Under the pieces are notes generated by a model that ran no database searches, was not told the DNA's origin, and worked only from the letters and a program-made list of their open reading frames with translations. DNA of 64,000 nt. It comes from Phycisphaerales bacterium (lineage in GTDB: Bacteria > Planctomycetota > Phycisphaerae > Phycisphaerales > UBA1924). The position numbers and the translations under genes are program-made. This document shows, piece after piece, positions 40,087 through 49,856 of this stretch. Location: positions 992,001 through 1,056,000 of the forward strand of contig OZ245777.1 of the NCBI GenBank assembly GCA_965227775.1, given 5' to 3'. The first letter of the stretch is position 1, and every line of letters starts with the position of its first letter.

Positions 40087-41312
40087 CGGCGAACGTCGTT
40101 CTACCCTCGCACGTGACTGTTCAGACCCCTCCCGGCTTCAGCCCCATCCCCGAGATCCTCGCCGAGCTTCGCGCCGGTCGCATGGTCGTGCTCACCGACG
40201 ACGAGACGCGTGAGAACGAGGGCGATCTCGTGCTGCCAGCCCAGTTCGCCGAGGCCGAGAACATCGGCTTCATGCTCCGCGAGGCCCGCGGCTACCTCTG
40301 CCTGAGCCTCACCGAGGCCGACTGCCGCCGGCTCGACCTCAAGCCCCAGGCCGACGTCAACACCTCCGTCCGGGGCACGCCCTTCACCGTCGCCATCGAC
40401 GGCCACCCCAAGCACGGGCTGACCACCGGCGTGAGCGCGGCCGAGCGGGCCAAGACCATCCGCCTGGCCATCGACCCGAGCTCGGCGCCGGGCGACTTCG
40501 TCCGCCCGGGCCACATCAACCCATTGCGTGCAAGAGACGGTGGCGTGCTCGTGCGCATCGGCCAGACCGAGGGCTCGATCGATCTCTGCCGCCTCGCGGG
40601 CCTCGAGCCCGCGGCGGTCATCATCGAGATCCTGAAGGACGATGGTGAGATGGCCCGCGTGCCCGACCTCGTCGAGTTCAACAAGAAGCACAACCTGAAG
40701 ATGTGCTCCATCAAGCAGCTCATCGAGCACCGCCTGCGCACCGAGAGGTTCGTCGAGCGCATGGAGCCCAAGGCCGGCACGCGTATCGACACCGCCCACG
40801 GCCCCTTCAACCTCATCGCGTTCCACAGCATCACCGACCCGCTTCCGCATCTTGCCCTGACCCTGGGCGGCGTGGGCGATCTCGATGACGCGGGCAATGT
40901 CGTCGAGCAGGCCCACCCCACGCTCGTGCGCGTCCACCGCCGCGACCTGCTCGGCGACATCTTCGCGGCAAGCCACGGAGATCGCAACGCGCGCACGATT
41001 CTCGACAGCGCGATGCGTCAACTCCAGGAAGCTGGCAAGGGCGCGTTGGTCTACCTGCGCCCCAGCGGCGGCCTCGAAACGCCGAGCGCCCACGCGAACC
41101 TCAACAATCGCCTTACCCAGCCGTTCAACCTCGACAGCGACGACAGCCCAACGAGGAGCCAGGCCGCCGGCGCACTCGAATACGGCACCGGCAGCCAGAT
41201 CGTCCGGGCCCTGGGCATCACACAGATGCGGCTGCTGACCAACAGCAATGCCGACTATCCGCAGCTCGAAGCCTTCGGACTGAGCATTACCGAGCGGATT
41301 GGTCTCGGTTAA
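40083..41312 (+). CDS. ribB: 3,4-dihydroxy-2-butanone-4-phosphate synthase fused to a degenerate GTP cyclohydrolase II domain (RibBX-like)
   Basis: RENEGD, TTGVSAAER, RPGH, GQTE. The C-terminal domain lacks the Zn-binding cysteines. Confidence 0.85.
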   Translation: MTANVVLPSHVTVQTPPGFSPIPEILAELRAGRMVVLTDDETRENEGDLVLPAQFAEAENIGFMLREARGYLCLSLTEADCRRLDLKPQADVNTSVRGTPFTVAIDGHPKHGLTTGVSAAERAKTIRLAIDPSSAPGDFVRPGHINPLRARDGGVLVRIGQTEGSIDLCRLAGLEPAAVIIEILKDDGEMARVPDLVEFNKKHNLKMCSIKQLIEHRLRTERFVERMEPKAGTRIDTAHGPFNLIAFHSITDPLPHLALTLGGVGDLDDAGNVVEQAHPTLVRVHRRDLLGDIFAASHGDRNARTILDSAMRQLQEAGKGALVYLRPSGGLETPSAHANLNNRLTQPFNLDSDDSPTRSQAAGALEYGTGSQIVRALGITQMRLLTNSNADYPQLEAFGLSITERIGLG

Positions 41313-41345
41313 TCGCGCCGCACGCTGGCTACGGAGGGGGAGGAG

Positions 41346-42146
41346 CTAGAAGCGAAACTCTAATCCAACCTCCAGCGAAGTCGAGTCCAAGTCCAGCAAG
41401 CGCATCCGTACGTCCGTGTCGTCGTAGAAGTGGATATTGCTGTACGTGCGATACCGGAACATCGCATAGATCGACACCGGCTCGGTCAGTTCGAAGCTGG
41501 CGCCCGCCATCGCCTGCAGGCTCAGCGCGCCGCGAGAGTCGTCGTAGTCGCTCGGGCTGCTGTCGCTAATGGTGAAGATCGATCCGCCGATGCCGCCGCC
41601 GGCGAACACGCTGAACCGCCCGAACTTGACGTCGGGCAGGATGTTCGCAGACAATCCGTACTCGAAGAGATCGCCATCGCCTGCGCGCGGCCCGGCGCCA
41701 AGCCCGTTGCGGTCATACTCGCTATAGCCGAAGATGCCCTCGACCTCGAACCGGATCCCAACGCGCGACCATGGGCCGTCGGCCCAGATTCGATAGCGTC
41801 CGCCGATGGCGAAGCTGGCGATGAGCCCGGGGCTGTCAAAGTCGGCATCGAAGTCCAGCCCGTTGAAGTTCTCGAATCGGGCGCTGCCCCGGTCGGTCGC
41901 ACCAACACCGATGCGGTAATACAGCCACATCTCTTGCTGGGCGATCTCGCGTTGGCGTCGGCTCCAATCAACGTCGTCTTGGGCCGCGCTGCCCGAGGCC
42001 GAGGCCAAGCCAGCGCCGCTACCAAGCACGCCGCCGGCGACCGCCGGTGCAGGCGTGTAGGGCTCGTGGACGAACCGCAAGCCACTGGTCGCCATCGCGC
42101 TCGCTGCGGCCGTCAGCACGCCGGCCATCGCTGCCATCCGTTGCAT
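41346..42146 (-). CDS. Outer membrane beta-barrel protein (OmpA/opacity-like)
   Basis: Signal peptide, amphipathic strands, FAGGGIG, C-terminal EVGLEFRF. Confidence 0.8.
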   Translation of the reverse strand: MQRMAAMAGVLTAAASAMATSGLRFVHEPYTPAPAVAGGVLGSGAGLASASGSAAQDDVDWSRRQREIAQQEMWLYYRIGVGATDRGSARFENFNGLDFDADFDSPGLIASFAIGGRYRIWADGPWSRVGIRFEVEGIFGYSEYDRNGLGAGPRAGDGDLFEYGLSANILPDVKFGRFSVFAGGGIGGSIFTISDSSPSDYDDSRGALSLQAMAGASFELTEPVSIYAMFRYRTYSNIHFYDDTDVRMRLLDLDSTSLEVGLEFRF

Positions 42147-42209
42147 CTCGTGCTCCTCCGGGTGCCGTCGGGCTCCGTCGCCGACAGCGGGCCTGATCCA
42201 TCGCGAATG

Positions 42210-42983
42210 CTAAGCGGTCTGGCCGACCGTCTCTGGTTGGGCTTCGGGCTTGGCTTCGACCTGCCCATTGGCGCGCTCGTGCGTCTTCCGCCCCGTGTCG
42301 ACGATTCCGTACACCTGTCCCAAGACCCGCGAGACACCCTTGCGCTTGCGGGCCAGGCGAGGCTCGAAGCTCGCCCCGTATGCCGTCAAATAATCATGCA
42401 ACGAGCGGGCTTCCCCTCCCGAGTAGTTGTCGATCAGGAGGTGGTAGCGATCCAGCACGGTGTGCAGCCGTGTGAGCACGTACAGCCCCGAGTGAAAGAG
42501 ATCGCCGTCAAGGTGCACCACCGGCGTGCGACCCCGCAGCACCTCTTGCCCCTCGCCGGCAAGCCACGGACACAATGTCTCGTTGAACCAACCGATCTGG
42601 TAGCCAACCCGCGAGTCATCGATATCGGGGGTCTGCCCCTCCACCGAGAAGTACCCGGCCGGCCGCCGCCGCCACTGCTGCGGCAGTCCAACGAACGAGT
42701 CGAACCCAAAGAACCTCGATTCTGGATTCGAGTTCAACGAGACCCAGTGCCGCAGGCTGTGGCCCTCCCAGACGCCAAACTCCATGTACGCCAGGCTCGC
42801 ATCTCGGCCGATCATGTCGGCGATCCGGTTGAAGTACGCGGTCTTGACGACGCCCGACATCGCCTCAGGCGGCGGCTTGAGCAAGGGCGACCGCCGGATG
42901 ACCCCATAGTTGCACCAGGTCTCCATGAGATTGGTGGGGGCGTAGGTCGCCAGGTTCTTGCACAACTCCCGTAAGACGATCAT
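42210..42983 (-). CDS. TylF-like class I SAM methyltransferase
   Basis: YMEFGVWEG, FGFDSFVGLP, GWFNETL, VHLDGDL. Confidence 0.8.
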   Translation of the reverse strand: MIVLRELCKNLATYAPTNLMETWCNYGVIRRSPLLKPPPEAMSGVVKTAYFNRIADMIGRDASLAYMEFGVWEGHSLRHWVSLNSNPESRFFGFDSFVGLPQQWRRRPAGYFSVEGQTPDIDDSRVGYQIGWFNETLCPWLAGEGQEVLRGRTPVVHLDGDLFHSGLYVLTRLHTVLDRYHLLIDNYSGGEARSLHDYLTAYGASFEPRLARKRKGVSRVLGQVYGIVDTGRKTHERANGQVEAKPEAQPETVGQTA

Positions 42984-43108
42984 GCGTCCTCACTTCCCAG
43001 GTCTCAGTTCGATCTGCTTGCGACGAGGGTAGCCGGGGCAACCCTCGCTGCCGCCCACTTCCCCGCGGCGGTCGACCTTCCACGAGTCCCGCCTTCTATC
43101 ATGACTCC

Positions 43109-44518
43109 ATGGCCTGGACCCCCAAATTCGAAGAGCACGTCCTGTGCAAGCGCATCCCCACGTGGCCCTACGGCGATCCGAAGGACCGCCGTGTTATCGG
43201 CTACGACGAGTACGTCAAGACCGGCGGCTACGAGGGCCTCCGCAAGGCCCTGACCATGAAGCCGGGCGACGTCACCGAGGCCGTCAAGACCTCCATGCTC
43301 CGCGGCCGCGGCGGCGCGGGCTTCCCCACCGGGCTCAAGTGGACCTTCTTGCCCAAGCTCGAAGACGGCAAGGACGGCCTCGAAGATCGCGGTCCACGCT
43401 ACCTGGCCATCAACGCCGACGAGTCCGAGCCGGGCACCTTCAAGGACCGCCTGCTCATGGACTTCGACCCGCACCTGGTGCTCGAAGGCATCGCCATCAC
43501 CTGCTACGCCTGCAGGCTCGACAAGGCGTTCATCTACATCCGCGGCGAGTATCACCACCAGGCCAAGGTGCTCGAGAAGGCCATCCAGGAGGCCTACGAC
43601 AACGGCATCTTCGGCCCCAAGGGCCTGACCAACTCTGGCGCTAACACCGGCGGCACGAAGTTCCAGGTCGACTGCTACGTCCACCGCGGCGCGGGCGCGT
43701 ACATCTGCGGCGAAGAGACCGCGCTGCTCGAGGGCCTCGAAGGAAAGCGCGGCTGGCCACGAATCAAGCCACCCTTCCCCGCGGTCGAGGGCCTGTTCGG
43801 CCGGCCGACCATCATCAACAACGTCGAAACGCTCGCGCACGTCCCGAGCATCATCGAGAACGGCGCCGAGTGGTTCACCAAGCAGGGCGTCGAGTCCAGC
43901 GTCGGCGGCCCGCCCAGCTTCGGCACCAAGCTCATGGGCGTCAGCGGCCATGTCAACCGCCCGGGCGTCTACGAGTTCGAACTCGGCATCCCGCTCAAGA
44001 CCCTCGTCGAAGACTACTGCGGTGGCATGCGCGGCGGCAAGAAGTACAAGGCCGCCATCCCAGGCGGCGTGTCGATGGGCGTGCTCGGCGCCGACCAGTA
44101 CGAGGCCGAGCTCGACTTCGACATCGGCACCAAGTACAACGTGCTGGGCCTGGGCACCGCCGGCCCGACCGTGTTCGACGAAGACACCGACATGGTCGCC
44201 GTCGCCCGCAACATCGCCCGCTTCTACAAGCACGAGAGCTGCGGCCAGTGCACGCCCTGCCGCGAGGGCTCGGGCTGGCTCTACCAGCTCGTCAGCCGCA
44301 TCGAAGACGGCCACGCGAAAACGAAGGACCTCGACATGGCCCTCGAGATCGCGACATCCATGGGCTCCATGCCCGGCACGACGATCTGCGGTCTGGCGGA
44401 CGGCAACAACTGGGCCCTGCGCACTATCATGAACAAGTTCCGCGACGAGTTCGAGAGTCGCGTCAGTCCCAGCCACGTCGCCGTCAAGATGACCATCGGC
44501 GCGGCAGCGCACGGGTAA
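43109..44518 (+). CDS. nuoF: NADH-quinone oxidoreductase subunit F
   Basis: GRGGAGFPTG, NADESEPG, GAGAYICGEETAL, ESCGQCTPCREG...C. Confidence 0.95.
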   Translation: MAWTPKFEEHVLCKRIPTWPYGDPKDRRVIGYDEYVKTGGYEGLRKALTMKPGDVTEAVKTSMLRGRGGAGFPTGLKWTFLPKLEDGKDGLEDRGPRYLAINADESEPGTFKDRLLMDFDPHLVLEGIAITCYACRLDKAFIYIRGEYHHQAKVLEKAIQEAYDNGIFGPKGLTNSGANTGGTKFQVDCYVHRGAGAYICGEETALLEGLEGKRGWPRIKPPFPAVEGLFGRPTIINNVETLAHVPSIIENGAEWFTKQGVESSVGGPPSFGTKLMGVSGHVNRPGVYEFELGIPLKTLVEDYCGGMRGGKKYKAAIPGGVSMGVLGADQYEAELDFDIGTKYNVLGLGTAGPTVFDEDTDMVAVARNIARFYKHESCGQCTPCREGSGWLYQLVSRIEDGHAKTKDLDMALEIATSMGSMPGTTICGLADGNNWALRTIMNKFRDEFESRVSPSHVAVKMTIGAAAHG

Positions 44519-44579
44519 GCACGACCAAGTCGGAACACGCGAGTGACATAGGCGTCAAAGATCCTGAGCAACGCCGCTC

Positions 44580-45260
44580 ATGGAGATGCCCATGTCCAGT
44601 GCCTGGCGGCACAACTTCGCACGACTCGGCGATGTTGCGATCGCTGTAGTGGTGTCGGTGCTCCTAACCACAACACTTGTCGTTGTTGGGCTGCGACAGA
44701 TCAACGGCGTCGAGCTGGATGACTTTCAGGTCTGGGGAACCGACGCGGAATATCCGCCGTTCGTTCTCATGAGCGGAACCGAGTCATCCCTTGCCAGCGT
44801 TGCGTTCACACATGTTCCAAACGCGTTTGCCAGCTACGGTGGCGACCTAGTGGAACTCGAGGAGATCCCGTTCGCCTGGCGCCGGCTCTGCAACAAGGAA
44901 CTGCAGCACATCCAGCCGGAGGACTACGACGAGCATACCTCTGGCGCGAGCGTGCGAGCCGGCTGGCCCTTGCAGATTGAGCTTCTCGGAGATCGCACCA
45001 AGGAATGGCCCTGGGAACTCCAAACCTCCTGGCTCGGCGTCACCCTTATCAACGACGGCCAGGACGTCGGCACCATGCCCTACCGCCCGGCCATCCTCCC
45101 GCTGCTGGCCAACATTTTGCTCTTTGCCCTTCCACTTGTGATCCTGCTCGGCCTCACCCGAACCCAGATCGCACTCGTCCGCGCCGCCCGCAACAACTGC
45201 ACCGCCTGCGGCTATCCGCGGCCGAAGACGACGTGCCCGGAGTGCGGCCAGGAACACTGA
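44580..45260 (+). CDS. Hypothetical membrane protein with C-terminal zinc ribbon
   Basis: Two TM segments; CTACGY...CPECG. Confidence 0.7.
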   Translation: MEMPMSSAWRHNFARLGDVAIAVVVSVLLTTTLVVVGLRQINGVELDDFQVWGTDAEYPPFVLMSGTESSLASVAFTHVPNAFASYGGDLVELEEIPFAWRRLCNKELQHIQPEDYDEHTSGASVRAGWPLQIELLGDRTKEWPWELQTSWLGVTLINDGQDVGTMPYRPAILPLLANILLFALPLVILLGLTRTQIALVRAARNNCTACGYPRPKTTCPECGQEH

Positions 45261-45262
45261 CC

Positions 45263-45865
45263 TTACCTCTCTGAGCTCGTTTCCGTCGCAAGAACAACCG
45301 TGAAACTCACCCGGCACGCCTCGTCCGTATCCACTGCACCATCCCGCTCGTCCACCCACCGGCTGATGGCCTCCAGCTTCTTCGCCAGTTCCTCGACGTC
45401 CGCTTCGCTTAGCTGCGTGACCGATCGCGTCAGCCGCAGGCCGGCGGGTAGCCGCTCGTCGGCCTTGTCCTTCACCGCCGCCGCGTAGTCCTCGCTCGCA
45501 CGCCGCAGGAACAGGCGGCACACGCGCAGCATCTCGCGCCGCAGCCCGGGCGTGCGCTTGCCCTGCGTCAGGTGCACGTCGTGGGCCTGGATCTCGAACA
45601 GCATCTCCGGCCGCCGCCCCGTGTCGCGCTCGCCAGCCACCCGCACCAGCCCGATCTCGCGCAGCTTGCCCAGGTGGTAGTGCACGCCCTGGGGGGTCTT
45701 GCCGATCTTGTCGGCGATCTCGGCGGCGCTCATGGCCCCGCCCAGCCGCAGTTCCTCGATGATCGCCGCCGAGATCGGCGTGCCGATGGCCCGCAGCTGC
45801 CGCGCCGTTCGGATCTCGTAGGGCTCGGGCCGGCCCTTGCGTGCCTTATTTCCAATATTTGGCAT
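45263..45865 (-). CDS. ArsR-like winged-helix transcriptional regulator
   Basis: MSAAEIADKIGKTPQGVHYHLGKLREIGLV...GRRPE. Confidence 0.8.
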   Translation of the reverse strand: MPNIGNKARKGRPEPYEIRTARQLRAIGTPISAAIIEELRLGGAMSAAEIADKIGKTPQGVHYHLGKLREIGLVRVAGERDTGRRPEMLFEIQAHDVHLTQGKRTPGLRREMLRVCRLFLRRASEDYAAAVKDKADERLPAGLRLTRSVTQLSEADVEELAKKLEAISRWVDERDGAVDTDEACRVSFTVVLATETSSER

Positions 45866-45946
45866 ATTTTTGATTATTAGCGACGGGTCGCCCCCGCGTC
45901 GAGACTCCGTGTGTGGTGCGAACCAATCTCGTTGGAGGACCTCCCC

Positions 45947-47740
45947 ATGCCCGTACGAATGACGCGCCATCTCGCCGTCGCCGCCCTGCTCGCCGCGTCG
46001 ACCCTCTCGCTCGCCCAGGAATCACCCGAGTACCATCTCGAGCGGGCCAGGGCCTACGAGCAGCAATTCGCCGAAGATCCGACAGACGCCCAGGCCGCCT
46101 TCCGCGCCGCGTACGCATGGCACATGGCCGGCGACTACGAACGCGCCATCGCCGCGCACAAGCGAGCCGCGGAGTTCGAGCAGTTCCGCCCCGCCGCGTT
46201 CTATAACCTCGCCTGCGCGCAGGCACTCACGGGCAAGCACGACGACGCGATTATAAGCCTCACTGCCGCCATCGACGCCGGCTTCGACCGCATCGAGTTG
46301 ATGGAAGAAGACAGCGATCTCGATTCGCTGCGTAACCGTGGAGACTTCAAGGCCGCCATCGCCCGCGCACGGAGCATCGCGCAGGGTGCCGACCTCGACG
46401 TGCCCGAACTCACCTGGGACACCATCGACGATCGCATGAAGGCCGAAGAAGTGGCCGGCTTCTCAGGCATCCTGCTCGTCGTGCGCGACGGCAAGATCGC
46501 CCACCACGCCGGCTACGGCTTGGCCGACCGCGACTCGGGTAGAGAGGTAACCCCCGACACCATCTTCGCCATCGGCTCGGTGCCCATCGACTTCACCTTC
46601 GTGAGCATCCTCCAGCTGATCAACGAAGGAAAGCTCAACCGCGACGACCCGATCACCAAGTTCTTCGACAACGTTCCGCAGGACAAGCGCGCGATCACCC
46701 TCGACCACCTCATGTCGGGCGAGTCGGGCCTGCCCGACTTCCACGACTTGCCAACCGACCGCGACCCCGACCACGCGTGGATCGATCGCGACGAAGCGGT
46801 CCGTCGCATCATGAACCAGCAGCTGCTGTTCGAGCCCGGCACCGACTCGCGCCACTCGCACTCGGCGTGGGGCCTGCTCGCCGCCATCCTCGAAGTCGCC
46901 AGTGGCCAGAGCTACCAGGACTACACCCGCGAGCACATCTACGTGCCGGCCAGCATGCCCGACACCGGCTTCAACGGCGACAAGTTGCCCGATGATCGCG
47001 TCGCGATCGGCTATGGCGCTCGCAGCGACGGTCAGACCAACGCCCCGCCCTACTGGGGCCAGACGTCGTGGCTCGTGATGGGCAGCGGGGGCCAGGTCTC
47101 CACCGCCCGAGACCTCAACAACTATCTCAACGCCGTCCACGACGGCACACTCGCCGGTCCAGACGCGGCCCGCACCATGTACGGCGATGCGTCCGGCGTG
47201 GCCAGCGCGGGTGACATGTACGGCTACTCGGTCCGTATGAGCTTTGCGCCCAAGGACCGCTTCATCCTCATCTGCAACAGCGCCGACATGACCCGGTCAG
47301 ACTTTCGACGCCGCTTCAACGCCCTCTCGCAAGACCTCCATGCCCTCACGCGCTCCGCGGCCGACGAGCGCCACGCCGCCACCGCGCTCGCGCCCCAAGA
47401 GCGCGAACGGCGCGCCATGGCCTGGGTCAAGACCGTCGGGCAGCCCGATGCCGACGCGTACGTGCGCATCAATCGCCAGTACCGCCCGCTCGCCGATTCC
47501 GAGGCAGCCCAGGCCGAGCTCGACGCCACCCGCCGCAAGCAGCACGCAGGGTTCTACCGCGACTTCGGTAAGCTCCAGAGCATCCGCGTGCTGACGAACA
47601 CGCCAACGCTGGTCGAGATCGAGGGCCAGAGCCCCAACACCGATGCCTGGATCACCTTCGGATTCACGTTCCAGCCGACCGAGCCCCATCACATCACAGG
47701 GGTGAGCATCGGCATCGATGGGGACGGTGACGACAACTAA
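45947..47740 (+). CDS. Secreted TPR plus beta-lactamase-fold protein with altered catalytic motifs
   Basis: YNLACAQA TPR, FSGILLV, FAIGSVPIDFT, LFEPG, STARDL. Confidence 0.8.
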   Translation: MPVRMTRHLAVAALLAASTLSLAQESPEYHLERARAYEQQFAEDPTDAQAAFRAAYAWHMAGDYERAIAAHKRAAEFEQFRPAAFYNLACAQALTGKHDDAIISLTAAIDAGFDRIELMEEDSDLDSLRNRGDFKAAIARARSIAQGADLDVPELTWDTIDDRMKAEEVAGFSGILLVVRDGKIAHHAGYGLADRDSGREVTPDTIFAIGSVPIDFTFVSILQLINEGKLNRDDPITKFFDNVPQDKRAITLDHLMSGESGLPDFHDLPTDRDPDHAWIDRDEAVRRIMNQQLLFEPGTDSRHSHSAWGLLAAILEVASGQSYQDYTREHIYVPASMPDTGFNGDKLPDDRVAIGYGARSDGQTNAPPYWGQTSWLVMGSGGQVSTARDLNNYLNAVHDGTLAGPDAARTMYGDASGVASAGDMYGYSVRMSFAPKDRFILICNSADMTRSDFRRRFNALSQDLHALTRSAADERHAATALAPQERERRAMAWVKTVGQPDADAYVRINRQYRPLADSEAAQAELDATRRKQHAGFYRDFGKLQSIRVLTNTPTLVEIEGQSPNTDAWITFGFTFQPTEPHHITGVSIGIDGDGDDN

Positions 47741-47768
47741 GCAACCCCAGTCGCGGCCGCCCGGTACC

Positions 47769-48101
47769 ATGGTCATCATGGCAAAGCACCCCGAAGGCGC
47801 GTCCAAGAAGCCCGGCCCCCCGCCAGTGCCCAAGCGATCCCCAAAGCCGCGCAAGCAGGCGGCCACGCACGAGATCGTGGCCGATGTCGCCGTCGGGCCC
47901 AACTTGCGCGTGAAGGACAACCTGTTCCAGGCCATCTTCATCCTGGCCAGCATCGCCATCGCCGCCGGCGTTGGCGCGTTCATCGCCCCTGAAGAAGTAG
48001 GCCCTGGGCTCGGAGCCATACTCGGTGGCATCCTGGGCCTCATCGGGGGCGCCCTCATCAGCGGCGGCATCCTGATGGTCTACCGGCTCTTCAGGCACTG
48101 A
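47769..48101 (+). CDS. Small two-TM membrane protein with glycine zipper
   Basis: GLGAILGGILGLIGGALISG. Start 47769 or 47778. Confidence 0.65.
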   Translation: MVIMAKHPEGASKKPGPPPVPKRSPKPRKQAATHEIVADVAVGPNLRVKDNLFQAIFILASIAIAAGVGAFIAPEEVGPGLGAILGGILGLIGGALISGGILMVYRLFRH

Positions 48102-48107
48102 GCCGCC

Positions 48108-49094
48108 GTGTTCCTCCGTCGATTCTGGCGCGGGCGCCCGGACGCCACACCCCAGACCGTCGACATGCCCGAGCCGCTGGCTATCGACGTGATCTCGCCG
48201 TTTCTGCGCACCCATCTCGACCTGCCGCACCTCGAGTGGGGGCGCGCGTGGGATCACATCAAAGCGACCGCCAGGGAAGCATCCGATGCCAACGATCTCG
48301 CCGCCGCCATGAGCGCCGGCTGGCTCGACGCCCTCGCCCGAGCCATGCAAGCCAAGTATCACGCACCACTCGAGCGCTGGCGCGATCCGGCCCTCGAGGG
48401 CCTCGGCCCGGCGCCCGATCGAATTCGCCTGGAACGATCAACGGCCAAAGCACTGGCAACTATCGGCCAAGCGCTCGCGCCAATCCGTGGCGAGGTTGAT
48501 GGGCACCCCATCCCGCACATCACAGTCATCGCGGCTCCGACCTTCGGCGCGTACTACGACTTCATCGACGCCTACCACGGCGACGAAGGCGAATTCGCCA
48601 CCTCGGGCGGCGTGTACCTCGGTGCGTCAACGCTCAACCCTCCATCACTCGTGATCAACATCGATCGCTTGGCACTCGAGAACACCATCGCCCATGAGCT
48701 CACCCACCACGCGCTCGCGCCCGCCAACGATGATTCCGGCCGGCTTCCGCTCTGGGCCGAAGAAGGCCTTACGCAGATGATGGAAGAGCGCGTCACGAAC
48801 CAATCGCACTTCCTATTCAGTCGCGAGACACTCCAGCGACACCAGAAGCTCTGGTCATCAATCGGGTTCGAGGGCTTCGTCGGCGGGAGGTCGTTTCACT
48901 CACCCCACGACGACCACCAGGAGCTCTCGTACAACCTTGCCGAAGCCGTCACACGCTCCTTGCTCGAAGCGCGGCCGGCCGAGTTCTTCGCCTTCGCCCG
49001 TGCGTGCTGCGCGGGCCAAGAACCCGAGGACGCGTGCGTGGCCCACCTCGGCGTCTCGCAAGCAGAGCTCATGACCAGCTTCCTCCGACTTTGA
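48108..49094 (+). CDS. Putative zinc metallopeptidase (gluzincin/MA-like)
   Basis: AHELTHH followed by PLWAEEG. Confidence 0.7.
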   Translation: MFLRRFWRGRPDATPQTVDMPEPLAIDVISPFLRTHLDLPHLEWGRAWDHIKATAREASDANDLAAAMSAGWLDALARAMQAKYHAPLERWRDPALEGLGPAPDRIRLERSTAKALATIGQALAPIRGEVDGHPIPHITVIAAPTFGAYYDFIDAYHGDEGEFATSGGVYLGASTLNPPSLVINIDRLALENTIAHELTHHALAPANDDSGRLPLWAEEGLTQMMEERVTNQSHFLFSRETLQRHQKLWSSIGFEGFVGGRSFHSPHDDHQELSYNLAEAVTRSLLEARPAEFFAFARACCAGQEPEDACVAHLGVSQAELMTSFLRL

Positions 49095-49130
49095 GAGCCC
49101 TCCAGAGGCCTGCGACTACTGTTCTCCACC

Positions 49131-49769
49131 ATGGCCGCCGCCGTCCGCACCGCCGCGTTCGCCCTCGTCGCCATCAGCTCCGTCGGCGTCGCCGGATATG
49201 CGCTCTATGCCTACACGCTCGTGCCACTTGGTGATCTCGTCCATTCGGACATGAAGGCCGCGTTCAACGCAAACAAGCTGACCATCTACGCGCACATCTT
49301 CGGCTCCGTCTTTGCCCTACTGCTCGGCCCATGGCAGTTCGTGCCATCACTTCGCGCTCGATTACCGAAGCTCCACCGCATCTCGGGCCGCCTCTACCTC
49401 GGCATCGGGGTCGGCGTCGGTGGCGTGGCCGGCTTCTTCGCCGCCCTCAATGCCTCTGGCGGCTGGTCAAGCCAGATTGGCTTCGCACTGCTCGCCATCA
49501 CGTGGCTCTTCACAGGTGTCATGGCGTTCGCGAGTATCCGCGCCGGCGACGCCAACGCCCACCGCCGATGGATGATCCGGAACTTCGCGCTCGCGCTCGC
49601 CGCCGTCACGCTCCGCATCCAGCTCGGCCTCTTCACGGTCGCCGGCGTCCAGTTCGAGACCTTCTACCCCTGGCTCGCGTGGATCAGCTGGCTGCCGAAC
49701 CTGGTACTTGCCGAGTTGCTCGTGCGTGCGCCCGGGCGGCACAACAGCAAGACTCCCGCCCCCGCCTGA
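49131..49769 (+). CDS. DUF2306-like membrane protein
   Basis: HI...LGPWQF, HRISGRLY, HRRWMIRNFAL, WLPNL. Confidence 0.8.
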   Translation: MAAAVRTAAFALVAISSVGVAGYALYAYTLVPLGDLVHSDMKAAFNANKLTIYAHIFGSVFALLLGPWQFVPSLRARLPKLHRISGRLYLGIGVGVGGVAGFFAALNASGGWSSQIGFALLAITWLFTGVMAFASIRAGDANAHRRWMIRNFALALAAVTLRIQLGLFTVAGVQFETFYPWLAWISWLPNLVLAELLVRAPGRHNSKTPAPA

Positions 49770-49856
49770 CAATCGGCGTCGAAACTAGGGGAACGCCTCG
49801 CAACCCCCGCTCGTACCATCTGGTATCCGAGCGTTCTCCAGCCGGGGGTATACAAG

